The position numbers were made by a program, and so were the translations under genes. A stretch of 64,000 nucleotides of DNA, from contig JANQLS010000037.1 of the NCBI GenBank assembly GCA_028280485.1, positions 1,660-65,659 on the forward strand, given 5' to 3'. Every line of letters starts with the position of its first letter. Within the stretch, counting starts at the first letter, position 1. Source of the DNA: Planctomycetota bacterium (lineage in GTDB: Bacteria > Planctomycetota > UBA8108 > JACQVS01). A model generated the notes under the pieces. That model was not told where the DNA came from. It did not search any database and saw only the letters and a list, made by a program, of their open reading frames with translations. Positions 20,878 through 29,084 of this stretch are shown piece by piece.

Positions 20878-22461
20878 ATGTCAGATAAAGATAAGCCTCG
20901 GTCCCCCGAAGAGATTCAAAAAGACCTGCAAGACTTCCTCAAAGATAAGTTAGGCGGGCAGGTGTTTTCTATCCCCATGGGCAGCGGAGAAATGCCGGGG
21001 TCTAGCGATGAATCAGGGGGCGAAGAGTCTCCCGAAGACGAACAAAACAAACGCAAAGAAGAAGCTCTCAAGTTCAGTTTGACACCTCGTCAAGTGAAGG
21101 AGCATTTAGATCGCTTTGTCATCGGGCAAGAACAAGCGAAGAAGGCTTTATCGGTCGCCGTTTGTGACCACTACAACAATGTGAAGTTGTCGCTTCAATC
21201 GGAAGAAAACCAACGCGACGATTATATTAAGCAAAATGTGATCTTACTCGGTCCAACGGGAGTCGGGAAAACCTATCTCATTCGAACGATCGCACAGTTG
21301 GTGGGAGTTCCCTTTGTTAAAGCGGATATCACCAAATTCTCAGAAACTGGTTATGTGGGTGGAGATGTCGATGACTTGGTTCGCGAACTCGTTCGCATGG
21401 CAAATGGCGACATCGAATTGGCTGAGCACGGCATCATCTTTTTAGATGAGATCGATAAGATTGCTTCTCAAGGCGGTACCTTAGGAAAAGATGTCAGTGG
21501 ACGCGGAGTTCAAACCGGTCTTCTAAAACTATTAGAAGATACCGAAGTCAACGCCCGTAGCCCGAATGACATCAGCAGTCAATTTCAGGAAATGTTCCAG
21601 ATGCGAAGCGGCGGAAAAGCTGCGAAGCGAACGGTGTGCACCCGCCATATCCTCTTCGTTGTCAGCGGGGCCTTTTCGGGGATGGAAGAGTTTATTAAGA
21701 AGCGTCTACAAAAAGGGAATATCGGATTCGTATCGGGAAAAGATTCGGACGAGCTCGATCGCGATGAACTTTTCGGTCAAGTGACGACTCAAGACTTTGT
21801 CGAATACGGTTTTGAACCAGAATTCATCGGACGACTTCCCATTAGAGTTTCCTTAAACAGCCTCTCAAGTGATGATCTGTTCACGATCTTAACTACTTCA
21901 GAAGGTTCTATCCTGAATCAGCACGCTCGTAATTTTGATGGCTACGGTTTACAAGTTGCATTCACGCCGGAAGCTTTAGAAAAGGTTTCTCAAATCGCTT
22001 ACGACGAGCGAACGGGAGCGCGGGGATTGATGACCGTTTTAGAATCGCGACTTCGCGAGTTTAAGTTCCATCTCCCCGGCGGTGATCTACAAAAATTATT
22101 GATTACTGAAAAAGTGATCGAAGATCCCGAGAAGGCCCTTCTAGAGCTCATCGAGAATCCACAGAAAGACGTCGAAGAATTCGATCGCTTTCAGGTTCGA
22201 CAATTTGGAATCGACTACGAACAACGATTTGGAGTTCGCCTTGTCTTAGATGATTCAGCCACCACGATGGCCATCTCTTTAGCTAAAGAATTAGATCTCA
22301 CCGTAGAAGGTTATCTTGAAAACGTCTTTGGGAAACACGGTGAATTCCTGAAGAAGATCAAAGAAAAAGCGGGTCGAGAATCTCTTCTCGTCACGCCTCA
22401 AGTTTTGAATAATCCCGTCGATGGAGTGGATCTCTGGCTTCGGGGTGAAGAAGATAGTTAG
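20878..22461 (+). CDS. clpX: ClpX-like AAA+ ATPase (no N-terminal zinc-binding domain; C-terminal extension)
   Basis: GPTGVGKT, SETGYVG, IFLDEIDKI, DVSGRGVQ, IGF loop, PEFIGRLP, TGARGL. Confidence 0.85.
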   Translation: MSDKDKPRSPEEIQKDLQDFLKDKLGGQVFSIPMGSGEMPGSSDESGGEESPEDEQNKRKEEALKFSLTPRQVKEHLDRFVIGQEQAKKALSVAVCDHYNNVKLSLQSEENQRDDYIKQNVILLGPTGVGKTYLIRTIAQLVGVPFVKADITKFSETGYVGGDVDDLVRELVRMANGDIELAEHGIIFLDEIDKIASQGGTLGKDVSGRGVQTGLLKLLEDTEVNARSPNDISSQFQEMFQMRSGGKAAKRTVCTRHILFVVSGAFSGMEEFIKKRLQKGNIGFVSGKDSDELDRDELFGQVTTQDFVEYGFEPEFIGRLPIRVSLNSLSSDDLFTILTTSEGSILNQHARNFDGYGLQVAFTPEALEKVSQIAYDERTGARGLMTVLESRLREFKFHLPGGDLQKLLITEKVIEDPEKALLELIENPQKDVEEFDRFQVRQFGIDYEQRFGVRLVLDDSATTMAISLAKELDLTVEGYLENVFGKHGEFLKKIKEKAGRESLLVTPQVLNNPVDGVDLWLRGEEDS

Positions 22462-22645
22462 TTTCTGTTGAATAGCAGGAACTAATTAGTTTCTGTTGAA
22501 TCTTGCTCCTTCGGAGATAGCTTCAACCGTTTCGGCAATTTTTCAAATTGCCTTCACTCCGCTAAACGTAGGCTCATAGAGCCTATGTTTAGCGGCCGAG
22601 TTGATCCCAACTCGGCTTAGTTCCTGTTTAATCAACAGGAACTAA
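22458..22645. mobile_element. MITE-like family C copy 2 (22486-22645) preceded by a 28-bp ends-only mini copy (22458-22485)
   Basis: TTAGTTTCTGTTGAATAGCAGGAACTAA followed directly by the full element; last ~50 bp identical to copy 1. Confidence 0.8.
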
Positions 22646-22676
22646 TTAATCCTTAAATTGCTTGAGTATTAAACGG

Positions 22677-22705
22677 AAAAAGCCACCGCGAGCGGTGGCT
22701 TTTTT
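22677..22705. terminator. Bidirectional intrinsic terminator
   Basis: AAAAAGCCACCGCGAGCGGTGGCTTTTTT downstream of the clpX-like gene. Confidence 0.85.
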
Positions 22706-22731
22706 ATTGGTGTTTGTCTCGTGAGATCACC

Positions 22732-22884
22732 TTAACTAACCCGAAGCGTGAGCGAGGGGAAGATACTTTCATTTAGAATCTTATAACTTTAATCTACGTA
22801 GCGTAGAAATGACCCAATCTCGCCAGGTGACAACTTTAAGACCGCACTGTTCTTTTACCCTCGTTAGCGCATCGGGCTAGATAA
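22732..22884. repeat. REP family A inverted doublet with ~100-bp spacer (degenerate)
   Basis: TTAACTAACCCGAAGCGTGAGCGAGGGG ... CCCTCGTTAGCGCATCGGGCTAGATAA. Confidence 0.85.
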
Positions 22885-23283
22885 CTTAATTCTTCAGGTC
22901 TCGTTTTAGATCTTTGAAATCCCTTGCGCTAAAGTATCTAGGGCCTTGTCCGAAGCTGGTACGAGTCGTTTTAATTTCAATTGAATAGGAGCTGAATCAG
23001 CTTCGTCACAAGCATTGGGTTTTTCTACTTCAATTTAGGTGAGATTACTGTTTGATATTCCAACAGTAAGTGAACACTAAGATCAGCTTTGGGAATAGAG
23101 TGATATTATTAATCCTTCTGTTTGCAGTGGATCGAAGTTTTTATCCCTCCTGAGAGACTGTGTGTTGGGAAGGGAATTATTGAAAAAACCACAAGAGATT
23201 TTTGATTTCAATCGTTGCGGGTGACAGTGAGCAACGAATTGAAGAATTTAAGATTCCAATTTTTGATCGAGAGGTGGCTAAAA

Positions 23284-23643
23284 ATGGCTATCAAATCTTT
23301 AGTTCAATCGAAATATATTCCCGTTTTAGTTTTATGTGCGTTGGTGGTGTTTGGGGGGGTGGCTTTTAACAAGGTTAGCTTTGGGGATCCGCTAAAGGTC
23401 ACTTCAACCGGAACGACAACCACCGTTAAAGGAAATTTAGGCGTTCGATTCAGAATTGGTGCAAAGGGTCAAAACCAGGAAGCTATTGAGGAGATTGACG
23501 ACGCCATCATGATTCATTTCGCGAACCTCTTCGTTAGAATTACCCGCCAGGAAGATGTTGGTGTGATCACTAATGTGATGATTCCTCGCGAGAATTTGCT
23601 TTACCTAAAGTACTGGAATTTAGATCCCCCTGAAGGTCAATGA
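23284..23643 (+). CDS. Hypothetical membrane-anchored protein
   Basis: ATG 23284 after GAGAGG; one N-terminal hydrophobic helix (track start 23215). Confidence 0.6.
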   Translation: MAIKSLVQSKYIPVLVLCALVVFGGVAFNKVSFGDPLKVTSTGTTTTVKGNLGVRFRIGAKGQNQEAIEEIDDAIMIHFANLFVRITRQEDVGVITNVMIPRENLLYLKYWNLDPPEGQ

Positions 23644-23665
23644 GGATTGCAGTGAGTTTTAAGAG

Positions 23666-23927
23666 CTCGGTTGGTAGTCTTTAATTGCGGTCTTTGCTAT
23701 ATTCAGTAATGCTGTAAAGCAATCTAGCTTCTGTTGAATAAAGGTCGTTCCGACCTTTATTCAAACGCTCCAAGCAGTTCTGCGCTACGCCTTTGGCATA
23801 GCCCTAAAGGGCTGCGGCGTCGCTCCACTGAAATAGGGCTATTAGCCCTATTTCGTGACTTGCGTGATCCCACGCAAGTATAATAAGTTTCTGTTTAATC
23901 AACAGGAACTTATTACTACCAACCGAG
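23666..23927. mobile_element. MITE-like family C copy 3 (23724-23915) nested inside a second 13-bp inverted repeat
   Basis: CTAGCTTCTGTTGAA...TCAACAGGAACTTATTA inside CTCGGTTGGTAGT (23666-23678) / ACTACCAACCGAG (23915-23927). Confidence 0.75.
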
Positions 23928-23958
23928 ATCTCTCAAAGCTCCTCCACAAGGATCAATT

Positions 23959-25422
23959 ATGCGCTCATTAATGAATCCATACTTAACTTTAAGCTTACTT
24001 TTCCTAATCCTTGTTTTTCCACAAAGTGTGAAGGCCAATTCCTGGATTCAATCCAAAGGGAACAAGGCTCCTTCGTTAAGTGTGGAGCAATCCCTGTGGG
24101 GGATGATAGGGCTTCCTCTTGGAGGAAAAGAATGGTCGTTAGAGCAGAAAATTGAAAACATTGCGAAAGCTGGTTTCGACAGTATTCAAGGGAATGTCAC
24201 CTCTGTCGAAGAGGCTCAAAAGCTTGCTAAGCTAGCTAAGGCCAAGGGCTTAACTTTGACTCTTAGGGCTTCCATTAAATCCCAGGAAGAACTTCTCAAA
24301 GCCATCAAGGTCGTCAAGGCATCGGGAGCTCGGGGGCTGATCGTCGAAATAAAAAAGACCTTTGCGAGTTTAGAGCAAGGTCAATTGATGATCGAGTACC
24401 TCATTCGAGAGTGTAAGAAAGCAGGCGTAGCTTATTATCTCGATATCCATCGAAATTCCCTCACTCAAGATTTAGGCAAAGTCGCAACTTGGGCGAGAGA
24501 AGTAAAAGGCATCCAATTTGATGCGGATCTCTCTCACCTCGTTTCAGCTTATGACTTAGGTTGGAAACTCAGTCCTCAAATGGCGCAGGCTTTCGATCTT
24601 ATTTTGGGCAAGGCAGGAATGGTGGATGGTCGGATCAGTAATGGGCAACAGCTCCAAATCGATATCGGTCCGAAGGGAGATCATCCCCAAGCAAAGCGCT
24701 TTCAAGCTTGGTGGAAAAAGGCGATGGTGAATTGGCTGAAGACGGCCGGGAATGAAGATGTCTTTGTCTTTCGAAGTGAGTTGGGCCCTCCCCCTTATTC
24801 GATCACTGATCTAAAGGGTAAGGAGATTTCCGATCGTTGGGCTCAAGCTCAGGTCCTGAGGAATATAGCCATTCGTACTTGGAATGAAGCCGTCAAGGAA
24901 GCAGGAAAAGGACTTGCCTACAGTAAGAAGAAACCTAAGTCATCTAAGATGGATCTCACGGTTAAGAAGTCGCCAATTCTCACTATTCGAGGTGTTTCGA
25001 ATCGAGTGGGTGACTTTTATTTAGCGGGTCAACCCGCTCAGCCCGATTTAGAAAAAGCCGTGAAGGAATTAGGGGTTAAAACAGTGATCAATCTTCGAAA
25101 AGATGTTGAACTGTTTGGTCTTGGCTTCGAAGAGGATTATACGATCGAGCTCCTGAAAGCTAAGTATATTCATCTCCAAACCGGGCCGATGGTCATCGAT
25201 GATGAGCTCTGTGAAAAATTTCTTGAGGCGTGTCGCAAAGCCCCTCGACCGATCTTGATTCATGGTTCAAACGGTAATCGCGTTTGGGGAATGTGGGCTT
25301 TGTATTTAGCGATGGATCATGGGGTTTCCATCGATGACACAAAAGCTCAAGCGACAAAGCTGGGAGTTAAAAAGCTCGTGGTTGAAGATTACGTTCGAAA
25401 GTACGTGGCTAAGCAAAAGTAG
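23959..25422 (+). CDS. Exported xylose-isomerase-like TIM barrel fused to a DUF442/BLH-like phosphatase domain lacking the catalytic Cys
   Basis: Signal peptide; DIHRNS, ADLSH, GRIS, ELGPPPY; C-terminal AGQP, VKTVINLR, HGSNGNR. Confidence 0.8.
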   Translation: MRSLMNPYLTLSLLFLILVFPQSVKANSWIQSKGNKAPSLSVEQSLWGMIGLPLGGKEWSLEQKIENIAKAGFDSIQGNVTSVEEAQKLAKLAKAKGLTLTLRASIKSQEELLKAIKVVKASGARGLIVEIKKTFASLEQGQLMIEYLIRECKKAGVAYYLDIHRNSLTQDLGKVATWAREVKGIQFDADLSHLVSAYDLGWKLSPQMAQAFDLILGKAGMVDGRISNGQQLQIDIGPKGDHPQAKRFQAWWKKAMVNWLKTAGNEDVFVFRSELGPPPYSITDLKGKEISDRWAQAQVLRNIAIRTWNEAVKEAGKGLAYSKKKPKSSKMDLTVKKSPILTIRGVSNRVGDFYLAGQPAQPDLEKAVKELGVKTVINLRKDVELFGLGFEEDYTIELLKAKYIHLQTGPMVIDDELCEKFLEACRKAPRPILIHGSNGNRVWGMWALYLAMDHGVSIDDTKAQATKLGVKKLVVEDYVRKYVAKQK

Positions 25423-25620
25423 TCGTCCCGCTCCGCGGGGCGGCTCCTGACGACGATAAGAAACTCAATTTATTCAAGTGTAGCCAAATCGAGAGATCAC
25501 TCCGCTTTATTGAAGTCGTTATGCTGGCCTTTTAAATGATATGCCTTTTCGAGGTAATCAGTAATCTGGATAAATATCTGTAATGCTTTAAATCGCCTCG
25601 CGGAGCGAGACGACCACTAC
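25419..25620. repeat. GTAG-type REP (family B2) inverted doublet spanning the gap between convergent genes
   Basis: GTAGTCGTCCCGCTCCGCGGGGCGGCTCCTGAC (25419-25451) and CGCCTCGCGGAGCGAGACGACCACTAC (25594-25620); both GTAG ends contain the flanking TAG stops. Confidence 0.85.
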
Positions 25621-26516
25621 ACATTTGTCATGAACTTCTCGACCCAAGCTCCCACTATCAATAGGGCGTTATAGACGAAATGAATGAGGATGGGGGCCAT
25701 AAGCGATTCGTATTTATGTCGCACGAAACCTAAAAGGAATCCTAGACCAAGCAAAATAGGAATGCCAGCGGGATCACCCCATAGTTGTGGGACGTGAGCT
25801 AAGCAGAACCAAATTCCGGTGATGAGGACGGAAACGGTGGCACCGATATTCCTTTGAAATACCGGGAAGATTAATCCTCGATAATAAAATTCTTCGTAGA
25901 ATGGGGCTAAGAGTCCGATGCACGAAAATACGAGCAATCCTTCTGTGGTTGATACGAGCTGGGCAGCATCGGATTCACCCGTTGTGAAGAGCTTCATAAC
26001 GGACCAGGCCAAGACAGCGTAAAGTGTTCCTGTCGCTAGGCAAATAAAGGTGTCGCCAGAAGTTAATTTCTTAAGAACAAAACCCTTCTTAAAACTTAGT
26101 TTTTGAGCCTTACAAACAACCAGCCAGGTCATGAGAGTCATGAAGCCCGCTTGAATAAAAGTGATAGCTCCGAGAAGCGTTGGGGTAATGGATTTGACGA
26201 TGGTTTCCTCGAGTTGGTCTAAAGGAGGCGTGCCGCCTTCATTTTGCGATAGCACGTAAATGACCATCCCGATGCCTAATATCACTTCAAAAGCCCAAAT
26301 AGATACAACTGCTATAAAGACAGCTAAACCACCGTGGCGTTTTTCAACAGGCTCACTATTAGGAAGTGCTTGACGGCTGTAAAATTCTTCAGGAGAACTG
26401 GCGGGAGCTTGGTAGGGATTGATTTTAGAAGAATCGGATGAAGCTTTAGGATCTTCGGGCGAAAAATCTAGACCATCCTCGTAATCATCTTCAGTGGCAG
26501 GAGAATCACCGGTCAT
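25617..26516 (-). CDS. CPBP/Abi family intramembrane metalloprotease
   Basis: EEFYYRG, FCLAH, HFVYN motifs; multiple TM helices; NPYQAP. Confidence 0.88.
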   Translation of the reverse strand: MTGDSPATEDDYEDGLDFSPEDPKASSDSSKINPYQAPASSPEEFYSRQALPNSEPVEKRHGGLAVFIAVVSIWAFEVILGIGMVIYVLSQNEGGTPPLDQLEETIVKSITPTLLGAITFIQAGFMTLMTWLVVCKAQKLSFKKGFVLKKLTSGDTFICLATGTLYAVLAWSVMKLFTTGESDAAQLVSTTEGLLVFSCIGLLAPFYEEFYYRGLIFPVFQRNIGATVSVLITGIWFCLAHVPQLWGDPAGIPILLGLGFLLGFVRHKYESLMAPILIHFVYNALLIVGAWVEKFMTNV

Positions 26517-26572
26517 CAGTATGCCTTAATTAGCAGTATCTAGCTTAATTTCTAGATGGGTTCGAACAAAAC

Positions 26573-28612
26573 TTAGTCAACGGTTTCCGTTTGAGTTTGC
26601 TCTTTTTGCTCGTCATTTTCAACTGACTTTTCTTCGATCTCGATGACCGATTCATCGACGAGGCTAATCAAGCTTTTAGTGGTAGCCGGCAGTTCTTCTT
26701 TTTGTTGGGTGATGACTTCAATTTTACCGTTTTCTAAAACAGCAAAAAGTGGAGTGGCTCCCTCACCGTAGAGCTTGAGATACGAAATCCAATCAAACTC
26801 TTCACTGAGGTTGGTCTTTTTAATTCTCGCTCCCTTATCCCAACGATTCATGAGCGTGCGGAAATCTTTGGCCTTCCCAAAGAGATACCTTCCCCGCAAG
26901 TGACCGGGGCGGTCTCTCAAACCTTCTCCTTGGTCTGAAGGAGGAAGTTGGAAGACGTTGGCTCGCCCAAAGTTTTCTACGAAGTGGAGGGCAGACATCG
27001 AATTGACTTCATCATTGTTCGTCAAAGACAGCAACCTTCCGATACCCTCTAAATCTAAATGCTCCAGCGAATATTCATTGAGAACATTACCGTAGAAGGT
27101 ATCTAAGCCCTCCATTCGTGCGTCGTGCCAGTTTCCCCAGTTGGTGTCGGCGAGTAAGACTTTTATCTTTTCTTCCTTGAGGGAATGAGCGATGGCGCGG
27201 GCCAAGGGGTGAGCTCCGACGATGAGAAATCCTTGAGGATTGGGTTGAGAAACTCCCAACCACCGTGCGACCAGTGGTGCACCTAAACCGTAAAACGAAA
27301 CGGTGGCAATGATCACGATAAAGGTCAAGGGAACTAAAGACGGAGCTTGGCTGGCAATTAGGAATGTTTCTATAAAGATTTCAGGTGAAGTTTGAGGATT
27401 TAAGGTTCGTAGTTCAGTGAGGCTTTCACTTGCTAAACGAAGAGCAAAGACGGAGGCTACCGCTGCGGCCACGATTCCTCTTGGAGCCATGAAAGATAAG
27501 AAGATGCGTTCTTTCCAAGATAGCGATGAGCCGATGGTGGAGGCTAAGACTGAAAGAGGTCTTCCTATGATAATAAGCGCTCCTAAGAATAGACCTAATG
27601 TTATGAGGTTGATATTCTCAGTGGCTTCAGTGAGTTGAGTGATGAATTCAGAGGATAAAGTGAGATTGTGAATGTTCATCCCTTCGAGAACTTGCATGAC
27701 GTCCACTTGAGTTCCGCTCGCGGGTCTCACTGCATTTAGAACTTGGTCTAAGTTGAGGCTCGCTGAAAGGATGATGAATAAACTTGAGATGAGGAGGACT
27801 TGGAGATTTTCCTTAAATTCAACGATGTGCTTCACTGCGAAGGATTGTTGATTCGCGAGGAAAATTCCCATTACGGTGACCGCCACTACTCCTGATTCAC
27901 CAAGAATCATATTGGAGCTACTGAAGGCGGCGAAGACCATCATGAGGGAGACTGCGTTTTGAAGGTAGTCGGGGATCAGAAAATGTTTAAGAAGGAAATA
28001 GAGGATGCAGCCCGTAAATAAACCGATACCTCCGCCGACGAGAAAGGAGTAAAGAAAGCCGAGGACGGATTCCATTCCAGTGTGGTGATGATGGATCGCC
28101 TCGAAGGTGAGGACAGCTAAGATGGCGCCCACCGAGTCGATCACGATTCCTTCCCAGCGAAGAACAGGGCCCACTTCCCCCTCCGGTCGTACGAGTCTCA
28201 ACAGCGGCATGATGACCGTGGGACCGGTGACCACCAGAATGGCACCAAATAACAGCGCGAGTTTCCAGTAGAGTCCAAGCAGATAGATCCCTGCGAGAGT
28301 TCCCACTGCCCACATGATGACGGCTCCCACCGAGACTAGATTTCGAACAACTCCCCCTATTTTTTTCAGCTCATGGATCCGGAGGCTGAGGCCACCTTCG
28401 TACAGAATCAGAGCAACAGAAAGGGAGATCAGAGGATTGACGAGGTCGCCAAAAATCTCTTGAGGGTTGAGGAGCCCGGTAAGGGGTCCTGCAACGAATC
28501 CGAACAGCAAAAGAAGCAAGATCGAAGGCAGACGGAGAGCCGATGCAAGCCACTGAGCGGTGACTCCTAAAAGGACGATTGCGGCTAATCCTCGAACGAG
28601 TTGTTCAGTCAT
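26573..28612 (-). CDS. NhaP/CPA1-type cation:proton antiporter with C-terminal TrkA-N-like domain
   Basis: ILYEGGL, TGPTVI, WEGIVID, MAPRGIVAAA; C-terminal Rossmann-like LIVGAH. Confidence 0.9.
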   Translation of the reverse strand: MTEQLVRGLAAIVLLGVTAQWLASALRLPSILLLLLFGFVAGPLTGLLNPQEIFGDLVNPLISLSVALILYEGGLSLRIHELKKIGGVVRNLVSVGAVIMWAVGTLAGIYLLGLYWKLALLFGAILVVTGPTVIMPLLRLVRPEGEVGPVLRWEGIVIDSVGAILAVLTFEAIHHHHTGMESVLGFLYSFLVGGGIGLFTGCILYFLLKHFLIPDYLQNAVSLMMVFAAFSSSNMILGESGVVAVTVMGIFLANQQSFAVKHIVEFKENLQVLLISSLFIILSASLNLDQVLNAVRPASGTQVDVMQVLEGMNIHNLTLSSEFITQLTEATENINLITLGLFLGALIIIGRPLSVLASTIGSSLSWKERIFLSFMAPRGIVAAAVASVFALRLASESLTELRTLNPQTSPEIFIETFLIASQAPSLVPLTFIVIIATVSFYGLGAPLVARWLGVSQPNPQGFLIVGAHPLARAIAHSLKEEKIKVLLADTNWGNWHDARMEGLDTFYGNVLNEYSLEHLDLEGIGRLLSLTNNDEVNSMSALHFVENFGRANVFQLPPSDQGEGLRDRPGHLRGRYLFGKAKDFRTLMNRWDKGARIKKTNLSEEFDWISYLKLYGEGATPLFAVLENGKIEVITQQKEELPATTKSLISLVDESVIEIEEKSVENDEQKEQTQTETVD

Positions 28613-28716
28613 GTGAAGGTCTCGTGGTTTAAAAATCTAAATTCCAAAGTGGAATTCAGGAGAGATTCCGTCAGCGAAGAAGAGTGATCTTCGCTCCTGT
28701 GCTCACTTTATTGGCC

Positions 28717-28855
28717 CCAATTTCTTTGCCTGGTAACTCCAAAATCGCCCCAAATCCGTTACCTGGTAAACCCATCCCCGCTACCAGGAAGCTCCAAATC
28801 CGCTACCTGGTAAGGGTCCTGCCCTGGGGTTGACGTTACCTGGTTGGGTTTGAAT
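28717..28855. promoter_or_regulatory. Helically phased array of five GYTACCWGGTAA-like sites (iteron/operator-like)
   Basis: CCWGG centres at 28731, 28764, 28786, 28808, 28841; CCAAATCCGYTACCTGGTAA repeated 19/20 identical at 28750 and 28794. Confidence 0.7.
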
Positions 28856-29033
28856 TCACGATGGGGATTTAGCCTAAATCTTTATTATGTATTGACTTGA
28901 GTGGCTTGGGTTTCGGAGCTTTGAGGTTTAAAGCGGAATTTCGATCGAACCCTGGGTCGGGTGCTTGAGATGAAATTCCAGGCTCACCTTAAGATCGACA
29001 AAATTTCATCTTAAGAAGAGCCCCTTTTCGGGG

Positions 29034-29062
29034 TTGGTCAAAATGGTCTAAGGGTATATGCT
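29034..29062 (+). promoter_or_regulatory. Candidate sigma70 promoter for the DUF1501 operon
   Basis: TTGGTC-17 bp-TATGCT. Confidence 0.4.
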
Positions 29063-29084
29063 ATGAACTATTAGAGATAGTAAA

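Noticed and set aside
22886-23214. Possible gene remnant on the minus strand
   Set aside because: The longest open stretch I traced is ~40 codons without a start, and has no recognisable similarity
19881-23915. Family C as hammerhead ribozymes, tRNAs or integron attC sites
   Set aside because: No CUGANGA/GAAA core, no T-loop/CCA pattern, no RYYYAAC..GTTRRRY boxes and no integrase
28717-28855. CRISPR array or coding tandem repeat
   Set aside because: The 22-bp period leaves no room for unique spacers, there are no cas genes, and no ORF covers the array
28951-29015. TPP riboswitch (GGGTGC..TGAGA)
   Set aside because: The downstream ACCTGA/TAAT..GCG.AGG elements are missing; the segment is better explained by the CTTGAGATGAAATT/AATTTCATCTTAAG stem
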